Shown piece after piece: positions 41,229-50,652 of a stretch of DNA of 61,901 bases. The stretch is from the NCBI GenBank assembly GCA_036228265.1, contig JAZAOF010000085.1, positions 1-61,901 on the forward strand, written 5' to 3'. Within the stretch, counting starts at the first letter, position 1. Every line of letters starts with the position of its first letter. Made by a program: the position numbers and the translations under genes. The notes beneath the pieces were generated by a model that saw nothing but the letters and a program-made list of their open reading frames with translations, ran no database searches and was not told where the DNA came from. This stretch comes from Myxococcota bacterium. GTDB lineage: Bacteria; Myxococcota_A; UBA9160; UBA4427.

Positions 41229-41993
41229 TCAGGGGGATGTTTCTCGATTGCGGGCTTCGCCCACCATCGGGACGAAGCGCACGCCGATGAGTCGTTCGCG
41301 GTGGATTCCATCTTCGTCGCGGCGGATCAAAACGAGCTCCTGGTGCCATCGCCCCACGGGAGCCAGGAGCCGACCTCCTATTGCGAGTTGATCGATCAGC
41401 GGTTGAGGGATCTCGGGCGGAGCGGCGGTGAGAACGATGACGTCGAAGGGGGCCTGTTCGGGCCAGCCGCGGTAGCCATCGCCCGTACGAACCTCGATGT
41501 TTTCAAATCCCTGCCGCTCGAGAAGTTCGCGACTCTGGCGCGCCAGGGGTTCGACAATCTCGATCGTGTACACGCGGCGGGCGAGTTCGCCGAGGATTGC
41601 GGCCTGGTATCCCGATCCGGTTCCGATCTCGAGAACTTTTTCGTTACCCGAGAGATCGAGTTGGTCGGTCATGTAGGCCACGATGAAGGGCTGGGAAATC
41701 GTCTGTCCGTGTCCGATCGGAAGCGGGGAGTCACGGTGGGCCTCTGCGGCGAGCGCCGGTGGGACAAACGCCGCGCGCGGGACCCGCCGCAGAGCGTCGA
41801 GGACTCGGGGCGTGCGAACTCCGCGGGCCACGATCTGTTCTTCGATCATTCGCTCCTGCTCGCTATCGGCGTGCGCCGGACGGCTGTGACCGGCGACCTC
41901 GGGAGGGGGATTCAGAGGGCAGCCGGAAAGCACGACCGCGGACAGCCACAGGGTGCTCCCCAAGGCCCGGCCCCGGTCGGCATATCTCGGCAT
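41229..41993 (-). CDS. pcm: protein-L-isoaspartate O-methyltransferase with a predicted lipoprotein signal peptide
   Basis: GHGQTISQPFIVAYM and VLEIGTGSGYQAAIL motifs. N-terminus MPRYADRGRALGSTLWLSAVVLSGC (lipobox LSGC). ATG 41993 is preceded by AGGAGG. Confidence 0.85.
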   Translation of the reverse strand: MPRYADRGRALGSTLWLSAVVLSGCPLNPPPEVAGHSRPAHADSEQERMIEEQIVARGVRTPRVLDALRRVPRAAFVPPALAAEAHRDSPLPIGHGQTISQPFIVAYMTDQLDLSGNEKVLEIGTGSGYQAAILGELARRVYTIEIVEPLARQSRELLERQGFENIEVRTGDGYRGWPEQAPFDVIVLTAAPPEIPQPLIDQLAIGGRLLAPVGRWHQELVLIRRDEDGIHRERLIGVRFVPMVGEARNRETSP

Positions 41994-42175
41994 CGGGAGA
42001 GAGTCCTCCTGAAAGGGGACGAAGTATGCGTGCCGGAAGGCCGGGGCGTCCAGAGTGGATCGCCAGGCGGTGGACACGTATTCCGAAAAACGTATAAAAA
42101 CTCTTTAAAATCAGCATCTTGTAAGATCTTATCGACGACGAGTGCGAAACCGTCTGGCGAGGGCTGTTTGCTATC

Positions 42176-43273
42176 ATGAAGACTCGCTCGGTCGCTGTGC
42201 CGAAGCGACCCCCCTCTAGCAGCGACGGGACGATGCAAAACGACAAGGACCGTTACTGGGACTGCCTGGACCAGGCGATGGAAGCCTCTCACGGAGGCCG
42301 CACCGAGGAGGCCCTCGCGTGGCTCGACGAGGCACTGAAGGCCCAACCCGGGGGCGCGGAGGCCCATAATGGGCGCGGCGAGATCCTGTGGGACGAGGGG
42401 CGGATCGAGGAGGCGCTCTTCGAATTTGAGCGAGCCATCGAAACCGATCGCAAGTTCACCGCGGCGCACATGAACCGGGCTGAGCTGCTGATCGAGGAGA
42501 TGGGCGAGTTCGAGGCCGCTCTGCGCCAGTGCGACACGCTGCTGGCCGGCCATGCCGAGATGCCCCGCCCGGATCGCTTGCTACAAGCCGAGATCCATTA
42601 TCTGAAATCAAAAGCCCTCTTCTACCTCGACAACCTCGAGGGTGCGCTTTTTCTCGTTCGCCGGGCGAGCCACGCCGTGGGAGACCAGCCCGTCTACTTT
42701 GCCTTTGAGGGTCAAATCCATTTCGAGCTTGGGCATTTTTCCGACGCGCGCCGGGTTCTGGAGCGGGCGGTGGCGATGGACCCCGATGCCCCTCACGCGC
42801 TCTACCACCTGGCGCTCGTCCTTGAACGGCTCGAGGGTTCCGACCAGTCTGCACCCCTATTTGCGAAGGCCCATGCGCTCGGTCCCGACCATTTTCCGTT
42901 GCCGACGGAAGTCGGCGATGAAGTCTTTTCGGGGGCCGTCCATGACGCACTCGACAATCTCCCGCGCTCGATTCGCGAATACATCGATTCCGTCGAAATC
43001 TACATCGAGGATTGGCCGTCAATCGACATGGTTTCCGGTGAACGGGTGTCGCCGCAGATTTTGGGGATATTCATGGGCATCCCGAGGACCGGTGCTTCGG
43101 TGATGGCCCAGGTAGAAGATCTCGATCGCGTTGTCCTTTTCAAGAAGAACCTCGAAAAGGTTTGTCGCAGCGTCGAAGAACTGATTGACCAGATCCAGGT
43201 AACCGTTCGCCACGAAATCGGTCATTATCTCGGCCTGGATGAAGACGATATGGAGCGGTTGGGGCTCGCGTAG
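42176..43273 (+). CDS. TPR-repeat protein fused to a C-terminal zincin-like metallopeptidase domain (DUF1025/Zincin_1-like)
   Basis: N-terminal TPR-like repeats (EEALAWLDEALKAQPGGAEAHNGRGEILWDEGRIEEAL...). C-terminal VTVRHEIGHYLGLDEDDMERLG. Confidence 0.65.
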   Translation: MKTRSVAVPKRPPSSSDGTMQNDKDRYWDCLDQAMEASHGGRTEEALAWLDEALKAQPGGAEAHNGRGEILWDEGRIEEALFEFERAIETDRKFTAAHMNRAELLIEEMGEFEAALRQCDTLLAGHAEMPRPDRLLQAEIHYLKSKALFYLDNLEGALFLVRRASHAVGDQPVYFAFEGQIHFELGHFSDARRVLERAVAMDPDAPHALYHLALVLERLEGSDQSAPLFAKAHALGPDHFPLPTEVGDEVFSGAVHDALDNLPRSIREYIDSVEIYIEDWPSIDMVSGERVSPQILGIFMGIPRTGASVMAQVEDLDRVVLFKKNLEKVCRSVEELIDQIQVTVRHEIGHYLGLDEDDMERLGLA

Positions 43274-43297
43274 TCCAGGCGCTGGGCCCGAGGACGC

Positions 43298-44737
43298 GTG
43301 ATGCCGGCCCTGATCGAACGACTCCGGGGGATCGTCGGGAGCGAGTTCTGCCTCGCGACTCCCGAAGAACTCTTCGTCTACGAGTGCGACGGCCTGACGA
43401 TGGGTCCCGTGGCTCCGTTCGCGGTGGTTCTTCCCGTCGACAGCGAACAAGTCGCCCAGGTCGTTCGCGCATGCCGCGAGGCCGGGCACCCCGTTGTACC
43501 GCGAGGGGCGGGGACCGGCCTATCGGGTGGGGCGCACCCGGTGGATGGCGCGGTCGTGGTGGAGTGTTCGCGGATGAATCGCATTCTCGAAGTGGACACC
43601 GAGAATCGTCTCGCCGTCGTGCAGCCCGGGGTCGTCAACGCAGACCTCTCGGCGGCCATTTCTGACCGGGGGCTCTTCTACGCGCCGGACCCCTCGAGCC
43701 AGCAGGCGTGTACGATCGGGGGCAATGTCGCTGAAAACTCCGGCGGGCCTCACACGCTGAAGTACGGCACCACCACGAATCACGTCCTGGGGGTCGAGAT
43801 GGTCCTCCCGGACGGGGAACTTCTGCGGCTGGGTTCCGCCTGTGGGCGATCCCGCGAAGCGGACCTGTTGGGCGTTGTCGTGGGCAGCGAGGGAACGCTG
43901 GGGATCGTCACCGAAATTACCGTGCGGCTGACTCCGATCCCGGAGCACGTCGAGACGATGCTCGCGATTTTTGATTCAACGGTGGCGGCCTGTCACGCCG
44001 TGGGCCGGATCATCGGCAGTGGCCTGGTTCCCGCAGCTCTAGAGATCGTCGATCGCCGGACGATCAACGCGGTAGAGGACAGCGTTTACGCCGCGGGCCT
44101 CCCCCGCGATGCCGGAGCGATCTTGATCGCCGAGGTGGACGGTGCGCGCTGCTCCCTGGATTCGGAGGTTGCGCGTGTCAAGGCGTGTGCGGATGCCGAG
44201 GGAGCTCGGGCGGTCGAAGTCGCGCGGAACGAAGAAGAGCGGAGCCAGTTCTGGCGAGCGCGGAAGGGCGCCTTTGGTGCCATGGGTCGCCTGGGCCCCG
44301 ATCTCTACGTCCATGATGCGGTGGTTCCGCGCGCGAAACTTCCCGAGGTCATCGAACGGGTCTGCGCGATCGGTGACCGCTACGGGCTCAAGCTTTCCAA
44401 CGTTTTTCACGCGGGCGACGGAAATCTTCACCCGAACATTTCGTTCGATCGCCGAGATTCCGAAGAGGTCGATCGCGTGATGGCGGCGGGCCGCGAGATA
44501 CTCGAAACCTGCGTAGCGGCCGGGGGTGTGATTACCGGGGAGCACGGGATCGGGGTAGAGAAGCGCGAGTTCATGCACCTGGTGTTCGAGGACGACGATC
44601 TCTTGCCGATGCTCCACGTACGGGATGCATTTGATCCGGACCGCGTTTGCAATCCGACGAAGATATTTCCGACCACGCGTTTCTGCACCGAGTCAAATCC
44701 GAAGGCGCGTGGCTACGACCGGGTCCCGATCGAATGA
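43298..44737 (+). CDS. glcD: glycolate oxidase subunit GlcD (FAD-linked oxidase)
   Basis: FAD_binding_4 motifs (VVPRGAGTGLSGG). C-terminal GGVITGEHGIG. Confidence 0.88.
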   Translation: MMPALIERLRGIVGSEFCLATPEELFVYECDGLTMGPVAPFAVVLPVDSEQVAQVVRACREAGHPVVPRGAGTGLSGGAHPVDGAVVVECSRMNRILEVDTENRLAVVQPGVVNADLSAAISDRGLFYAPDPSSQQACTIGGNVAENSGGPHTLKYGTTTNHVLGVEMVLPDGELLRLGSACGRSREADLLGVVVGSEGTLGIVTEITVRLTPIPEHVETMLAIFDSTVAACHAVGRIIGSGLVPAALEIVDRRTINAVEDSVYAAGLPRDAGAILIAEVDGARCSLDSEVARVKACADAEGARAVEVARNEEERSQFWRARKGAFGAMGRLGPDLYVHDAVVPRAKLPEVIERVCAIGDRYGLKLSNVFHAGDGNLHPNISFDRRDSEEVDRVMAAGREILETCVAAGGVITGEHGIGVEKREFMHLVFEDDDLLPMLHVRDAFDPDRVCNPTKIFPTTRFCTESNPKARGYDRVPIE

Positions 44738-46002
44738 CCCCCGCTCCGTCAGTCGATCCCGCGGCCGTCCGTTCTCGGCTCGGCGTCACCGAACACGATC
44801 CGCTCGAGATTGACGGATTCGGAATTTCGGGGACCGTGCGCCCACGCGACGCGAAGGAAATGGCAGGGACACTTTCCGAACTCCAGGGCAGTGGGATGGG
44901 GTTGCTGATCCAGGGTGGGGGCACGGCCCTCGAAAGGGGCAACCTTCCGGCCCGCGCGGACCTGGTTCTTGCGACCGGTGCCATGCGGGGGATCGACGAA
45001 TTCGACGCCAACGATGGTGTCATGCACGTCCAAGCGGGGACGCCGCTTTCCGAGGTGGAGGCGGCCGCCGCAGCCGAGGGGTGGGAAGTCCCCCTGGATC
45101 CGCCCGGCGACGGGGCAACCGTGGGCGGGGTGCTGGCGCGGGCCGGAACCGGACCGCGCGAACTGGGATGGGGTCCGGTTCGAGACTGCGTGCTGGGGCT
45201 CGACGTGGTTTTGCCCGGCGGGGTACGGACCCATTGCGGCGGGCGGGTGGTAAAGAATGTCACGGGCTTCGATCTTGCGAAACTCTACACCGGCTCGCTG
45301 GGGTCGCTTGGAATCATCGACGGCGCGTGGTTGCGGTTGAAGCCGCGCGCTGAAGTTGTGCAGGCGCTTCACGGCTGGGGTCGCGATCGAAGCCGTGTAT
45401 TGGACGGGGCTCTTCGGGCCTCGCGCCGGAGCACGTCTCGCGCGGTGGCCGTCGCTTCGCCAGCGGCGGCCGGTCAGATCGAGGGAGAGGAGTCGGGTGC
45501 CTGGCATTGGTGGATCGAACTCGCCGGAGAATCGGCCGCCGTCGAACGCGATGCCAATGCGCTGTTGGAAGAGAGCCCGGAAGCGCGAGAGGTTTCCAGC
45601 GGTCTTCACGAGGTGCGTGCGTTCCAGGGACAGTGCCTCGAACCCAGCGGGCTGCGGGCCCGCCTGGACCTGGTTCCTACCGACCTGGCCAAGGTCTCGG
45701 CCGCGCTTTCGAAGACCGCTCCCGTTCAACTCATCTACCCGGGTCTCGGGACGCTCTACGCGTACTCCGATACCCAGGGCGTGGAGCCCGCGGAGAGAGC
45801 CTGTTTCGACGCGGCCCGGGCGGTGGAGGAGGGCCAGCGTCCGAGGAGTCGCGTCTGCCTGGAAGCCCTCCCTCCCGGGGCCAAGGTTGGGCGCGATATC
45901 TTTTCCCTGCCCTCGGGAGAACGGGTTCTCCTCCAGGCCTTGAAGCAGCGGTTCGACCCCGAGGCCCTTCTGAACCCGGGTCGAGGTCCCGGGGGCCTGT
46001 GA
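44734..46002 (+). CDS. glcE: glycolate oxidase FAD-binding subunit GlcE
   Basis: ATGA overlap with glcD. LIQGGGTAL and KNVTGFDLAKLYTGSLGSLG motifs. Confidence 0.82.
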   Translation: MTPAPSVDPAAVRSRLGVTEHDPLEIDGFGISGTVRPRDAKEMAGTLSELQGSGMGLLIQGGGTALERGNLPARADLVLATGAMRGIDEFDANDGVMHVQAGTPLSEVEAAAAAEGWEVPLDPPGDGATVGGVLARAGTGPRELGWGPVRDCVLGLDVVLPGGVRTHCGGRVVKNVTGFDLAKLYTGSLGSLGIIDGAWLRLKPRAEVVQALHGWGRDRSRVLDGALRASRRSTSRAVAVASPAAAGQIEGEESGAWHWWIELAGESAAVERDANALLEESPEAREVSSGLHEVRAFQGQCLEPSGLRARLDLVPTDLAKVSAALSKTAPVQLIYPGLGTLYAYSDTQGVEPAERACFDAARAVEEGQRPRSRVCLEALPPGAKVGRDIFSLPSGERVLLQALKQRFDPEALLNPGRGPGGL

Positions 46003-47285
46003 TGGAGAGAGAATCCAAGAGCGGGGCCTCGCCGCTTCCCGACGAGGTCTATGCCGGAACGCTCGATTGCGTGCATTGTGGACTTTGCCTGACGTCGTGT
46101 CCGACCTACCGCGCAACGGGCAAAGAGACGTCATCCCCGCGCGGCCGGATCTACCTGATGCGCGGCGTGGCCGAGGGCCGAATCGAGTTCGGTCCGCTGG
46201 TGGCTTCGGAGGCCCGGTTGTGTCTCGGGTGCCGGGCCTGCGAGACGGCGTGTCCGGCGGGCGTTGAATACGGCTCTCTCCTGGAAGCGACGCGTTCCAC
46301 GTTGGCCTCCCAGCGCGTCGCTTGGGGTTGGAGCCAGCGATTCGAACGCTGGCTTTTGCGCGAAATCGTGCCCCACCCGAGGCGCCTGGGCCGGGTCTTG
46401 ACGGGGCTTGCCGTCGTCCAGCGCCTGGGTCTCGATCGACTCGCGAAATGGGTACTCCCTCGTCGATTGGCGCAGCTTGCGAGCCAGGCCCCCTCGATTC
46501 CATCGCGTGCCCGGCGTACCCGGCTGCCCTCCCGCATTGCAGCCCAGGGCGAGAGACGCGGGCGGGTCGCGTTTTTCGAGGGCTGCGTGATGCCCGAGAT
46601 CTTCGGCGACATCAACCGAGCCACGGTGGAACTCCTGTCCCGCCAGGGCTTCGAGGTCTGGGTTCCCTCGGACCAGGTCTGCTGTGGTGCGCTTCAGGCC
46701 CACGCCGGTGATGCCGATCTCGCGAACCACTTCGGCGAGCGCAATGCCGGGGTTTTCGGTGAACTCGAGGTGGACGCGGTGATCACCAATTCGGCGGGTT
46801 GCGGCGCGGTCCTTCACGAAGCGCCGAAGCGAATCGGGGCGGAGGCCGAGCGCCTGGGTTCGTTGGTGCGTGATATCACCCAGTTTCTCGCGGACGTGGG
46901 AATGCGGGGCCCGCTTGAGCGGGTTGAAAAGCGCACCTGTTACGACGATCCCTGTCACCTGGTTCACGGCCAGGGGGTCGCGGATGCCCCTCGTCAGTTA
47001 CTGGAAGCGATTCCCGGGCTCGAACTGGTCTCCCACGAAGATCCGACCTCGTGTTGTGGCGCGGCCGGAACCTACAACCTCACTCAACCCGCCATGTCGC
47101 AAGAGATTCTCGATCGAAAAATCGATGCCCTTCTGAAAGCGAAGCCCGAAGCCGTGGCCACGGGCAACCCTGGATGTCTCATGCAGCTTGCAACCGGCTT
47201 CCGACAGCGGGGCGAGGAGATCCGGGTGGTTCACCCGGTGGAACTGCTTCTCCAGGCGTGCCCGAGTTCGGCCCAGGGAGGCTAG
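46002..47285 (+). CDS. glcF: glycolate oxidase iron-sulfur subunit GlcF
   Basis: Two 4Fe-4S motifs (CVHCGLCLTSCP, CLGCRACETACP) and C-terminal CCG domains (CCGA...). The start overlaps the glcE stop (TGATG). Confidence 0.88.
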   Translation: MERESKSGASPLPDEVYAGTLDCVHCGLCLTSCPTYRATGKETSSPRGRIYLMRGVAEGRIEFGPLVASEARLCLGCRACETACPAGVEYGSLLEATRSTLASQRVAWGWSQRFERWLLREIVPHPRRLGRVLTGLAVVQRLGLDRLAKWVLPRRLAQLASQAPSIPSRARRTRLPSRIAAQGERRGRVAFFEGCVMPEIFGDINRATVELLSRQGFEVWVPSDQVCCGALQAHAGDADLANHFGERNAGVFGELEVDAVITNSAGCGAVLHEAPKRIGAEAERLGSLVRDITQFLADVGMRGPLERVEKRTCYDDPCHLVHGQGVADAPRQLLEAIPGLELVSHEDPTSCCGAAGTYNLTQPAMSQEILDRKIDALLKAKPEAVATGNPGCLMQLATGFRQRGEEIRVVHPVELLLQACPSSAQGG

Positions 47286-49648
47286 CGGTAGAGAAAGGCG
47301 TCGGGCGCGGCCTTGGGCGCCCGCCAGCGGGGAAAGGCGCCAAGGGAGAGGTCTGCCACCGAACCCTGCAAGACGAGGTCGAAGGGCAGGATCGACTCCC
47401 GGGCTCGGACCATTCCGTATTTTTCCCGCATGCTTTCGTAGACGAAATTCGAATGCGCCCCCGGGCGGTGATCGACCTGGTGGGTCAAGCCGAGACGCGC
47501 CCGTTCGAAGTAGAGATCGCGCCGAGCGTCGGGGTCGATCTCGGCTTCGTGGTCGAGACGGGCGTTGAGAAACGTCTGTTCCTCAAGCGTCGAGATCGTT
47601 CGCGACAGTCGTTCAGAAGAGATCGGTCGCTGAATCCGAATCGGTTCGGCCTCTTCATCGCCACCGGGTTCGACGAAGTCGAATTCGACGATTCTCCCGC
47701 CCAGGAAGACGACACCCCGGGGATGCAATTCGCCGTTCGCCGTATCTTCATCGAGGTACTGCTCGCGGAGGCCCAATCCGTTCGGTCCAGCGATTTCGGG
47801 GTTCTCGTACAGGAATCCCCGGGTCATCCGGATGGTCTGGGGCGAGGCTTCCTCGACCTCCGTGCGGGCGAGATTCCCCGCCGAGGCGCCGGCGTCCGAG
47901 TCGGGAAAGTCGCGGGCGAAGTTCCGGAGAACGTGGCTTCGGGTGTCCCGGCGGCGAATCTTCCCCGCCGCCTTCAAGCGTTCGCGGCCCATGGTTTCTA
48001 CGATCTCGGCCCGCTTCTCGGGATCGAAGCCCGGCTGGAAGTCCGCCAGGCGCAGTGCCTTGCTCCAGTTTTCTTGATCCTCTTCGTACCCGTAGAGCCA
48101 CGGGATGAGTTCGGAACGGTATGCCCCGTTCGGAAAGCGTTCCAGGTAACGATACGCGGCGACGGACATCCCCTTCTCGAAGTTGGGTTTCTTGCCCCCG
48201 CTGCCCATCAAGTGGCGAAGCGGTGCGGTCGCCAGGGCCTGGGCCATCTGGGGCGTCGCCAACACGTAACCCGCCGCCTGGGGAAGGGCCTTGAAACGGG
48301 GGACGGCCGTTTCTCCGAACAGGTACCAGACCGTTTCCTCGCGTCGTTGCCGTGATTGTTCGACGAGGAAGGACCCGTAGGGATTCTGCCAGGGGTCCGT
48401 GACCAGGGCCGTGGCGTGGCGTGCCATGTTGGAGCGGTCCGGGAGACGACGGGCCACGTCATCGAACTGTCGCCAGGCGAGTTTTTCGTTTCCAGCCTCG
48501 TGGCTTCCGATGGCCTGGATGAAGTCGGCTTCATCGCCCAGTTCGTTTTCGGTATCGGCCTCCCGCAGCGCGCGGGCATTGGCGAATAGGTTCGAGTCGG
48601 GCAACAGGAGCGACTCCGAGACACGTCGCACCGCCGTGGGTCGGTGCAGCGCAAGCCGTGAGAGCCCCGCGTCCATGTTGGGCTCGAGGGCGGCATGAGC
48701 CAGTTGCTCCGAGGGGAGGTCGAGATCGTCCGGCGTTGCATTTGCCGCCTGGAGCGTGCGCCCGCGCAAGCGGTTCTGGCGGGCGATCTTCTTGTCCGCT
48801 CGGGCGATGATGGTCTGCGCCTGGCTGTCCCCGGGGACTTCGAGCTCCGCCCGTTGGGCGTAGACTCGCGCCAGTCGCGGCTGGTCCGATCGTTCCGCCT
48901 CGCCCGCGTGCGCCAGGAGTTGTCGTCGCCGGGTCGCGTGGAGATCTTCCTGGGCGGCCTCCACCTGGTTGCGGATCTTGGGTGCTTGCTCGGCCTGGGG
49001 ATGCACATCGAGGAAATGCTTCCGGAGAGTCAGGGCCTGGCGTTCCGGAACCGTGAGGGGGTCCGTTTCGAGCATTCGAATTGCCCACTTGACGGCACTC
49101 AGCGCGACCTTGTAGGGGGCGATCGTCATCCCGCTGAAGACGGAGGTTCCGAGCGGCTCGGTCACGGCGTTGAAGGTGTGGGCAAAGAGCGTGTGGCGGT
49201 GATCGAGGATGTGTCCGTCGGCACGGGAAAGCGGGTCGCCATCCACCGTTTTCGTGAGCCGGCGTTTCAAGAGGGGGTCCAGCGACCCGCGGGAGAGAAG
49301 CTTCTTCGAAGCCTCGCGGTACTGGATGGGATCGTCCAGCGTCGAGTTGGCGAGGTCCTGGCCGAGGGGAGCAAGTCGGGCGTCGCTCAGGGTGAGGTGG
49401 TGGAGGTTCTGGCGGATTTCGGCGGAGTTCGAGGCCAGCGCGGACTCGGCAAGAGCGGCCGCGGCCAGGTCCGACCGACTCGGAACCGGGGCGGTGGCCG
49501 TGGGCATGGGCTCCAAGGGGGAGTCGAAGGTCGGCAGCACACGGGGGGCCTGTGTCTGGCACGCTGCAACCACGAGGGCCAGCAGTCCACAGCCCAGCCG
49601 GGAACCGATCCGCCAACGACTTTGAGTTCTATTTCGTAAATCGATCAC
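47282..49648 (-). CDS. large predicted lipoprotein of unknown function (about 788 aa)
   Basis: Long ORF with protein-like composition. I place the start at GTG 49648, giving VIDLRNRTQSRWRIGSRLGCGLLALVVAAC (lipobox VAAC). It overlaps the upstream gene by 20 nt. No domain recognised. Confidence 0.65.
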   Translation of the reverse strand: MIDLRNRTQSRWRIGSRLGCGLLALVVAACQTQAPRVLPTFDSPLEPMPTATAPVPSRSDLAAAALAESALASNSAEIRQNLHHLTLSDARLAPLGQDLANSTLDDPIQYREASKKLLSRGSLDPLLKRRLTKTVDGDPLSRADGHILDHRHTLFAHTFNAVTEPLGTSVFSGMTIAPYKVALSAVKWAIRMLETDPLTVPERQALTLRKHFLDVHPQAEQAPKIRNQVEAAQEDLHATRRRQLLAHAGEAERSDQPRLARVYAQRAELEVPGDSQAQTIIARADKKIARQNRLRGRTLQAANATPDDLDLPSEQLAHAALEPNMDAGLSRLALHRPTAVRRVSESLLLPDSNLFANARALREADTENELGDEADFIQAIGSHEAGNEKLAWRQFDDVARRLPDRSNMARHATALVTDPWQNPYGSFLVEQSRQRREETVWYLFGETAVPRFKALPQAAGYVLATPQMAQALATAPLRHLMGSGGKKPNFEKGMSVAAYRYLERFPNGAYRSELIPWLYGYEEDQENWSKALRLADFQPGFDPEKRAEIVETMGRERLKAAGKIRRRDTRSHVLRNFARDFPDSDAGASAGNLARTEVEEASPQTIRMTRGFLYENPEIAGPNGLGLREQYLDEDTANGELHPRGVVFLGGRIVEFDFVEPGGDEEAEPIRIQRPISSERLSRTISTLEEQTFLNARLDHEAEIDPDARRDLYFERARLGLTHQVDHRPGAHSNFVYESMREKYGMVRARESILPFDLVLQGSVADLSLGAFPRWRAPKAAPDAFLYR

Positions 49649-50591
49649 GATCCACCTGAAGCGTGAAGGCGAGAAAAGCCTCCAGGCGGCGCCCCGCTTC
49701 GATCTTCTCTGGGGAGCCATCTTCGGCCGCTACAGTTTGGTAGATCTGCATGGCGGCTTCCACTAATTCTTGGAATACGACGGGATCGAAGCGCAGGCTC
49801 TCCGGGGGGTTGGCCTGGGTGTACTCTTCGGCCATCCGGGCGTAGAAGTTGGCCACGTCAAGCAGGTGGCGCCGGTGGTACTTGCTGCTGACGTGCCGCG
49901 AGGCGACCCGCTGGAGTTCGGAGATGGCGCGGACCTGGCCGCCGGGCAGCGCGTGTCGCATCGCTGCAAAATACTGGGCCCGAACGACATCGGTGCGCTC
50001 GATTTCTTCCCGCACGATGTAGACATAGTGGCTGTCGGGATAGAGGTCGATCAGGCCCGACAAGCGGGCCGAGCGGTCGTCGAGTTCGGCCAGTACGTGG
50101 TCAGAATCTGTCGGGAACGGATCGCGTTTTCCCGCCGGGGGGAGGGGGTCGGGGAGTCGGATGCCCACTTTGTTGGCCCGGTGAATGCGCTCGTTGACCT
50201 CGGCACTGCGCACGGCTTCGTCGCGCAGTCGCGGGCTTTTTTTTGCGGCGGCTCGGTAGTGCTCGGCGGCGAGGTCGTAGGCCCGAAGACGCTCGAGACT
50301 GCGCCCTTTTGCGAACGCGACCGCGGCATCCATGTGCCCCGCCCGCAGTGCGTCCGCGTGCACCTTCTCGAGGTTCTCGAGTCGGAGCAGGGTTGAGCGG
50401 TATACATTGCGCTTGGTGAAGTCGCTTGCCGCCGGAAAACGATAGGTGTCGTCGGGGACGTGCCGACGCAAGACGGCGATCACTTCGATCACGCTCTCCG
50501 TAGGCCCGTAGACGGCGGCTTCCCGCTGCTTTGAGGCGGAGCAGGCGCTCAACGTTGCCCCAGTCGCAACGGCCATCACGATCCACCGCAT
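49629..50591 (-). CDS. predicted lipoprotein of unknown function (320 aa)
   Basis: ATG 50591 gives MRWIVMAVATGATLSAC (lipobox LSAC). The rest looks helical and TPR-like but has no recognisable motif. The upstream part of ORF 49629-50819 is unlikely to be coding. Confidence 0.65.
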   Translation of the reverse strand: MRWIVMAVATGATLSACSASKQREAAVYGPTESVIEVIAVLRRHVPDDTYRFPAASDFTKRNVYRSTLLRLENLEKVHADALRAGHMDAAVAFAKGRSLERLRAYDLAAEHYRAAAKKSPRLRDEAVRSAEVNERIHRANKVGIRLPDPLPPAGKRDPFPTDSDHVLAELDDRSARLSGLIDLYPDSHYVYIVREEIERTDVVRAQYFAAMRHALPGGQVRAISELQRVASRHVSSKYHRRHLLDVANFYARMAEEYTQANPPESLRFDPVVFQELVEAAMQIYQTVAAEDGSPEKIEAGRRLEAFLAFTLQVDRDRFTK

Positions 50592-50652
50592 CTTCTTGCG
50601 GGCTCCGGTGGTGGGATGGAGGCGATTTCGCAAGGGCTCGAGATTCGGACAC

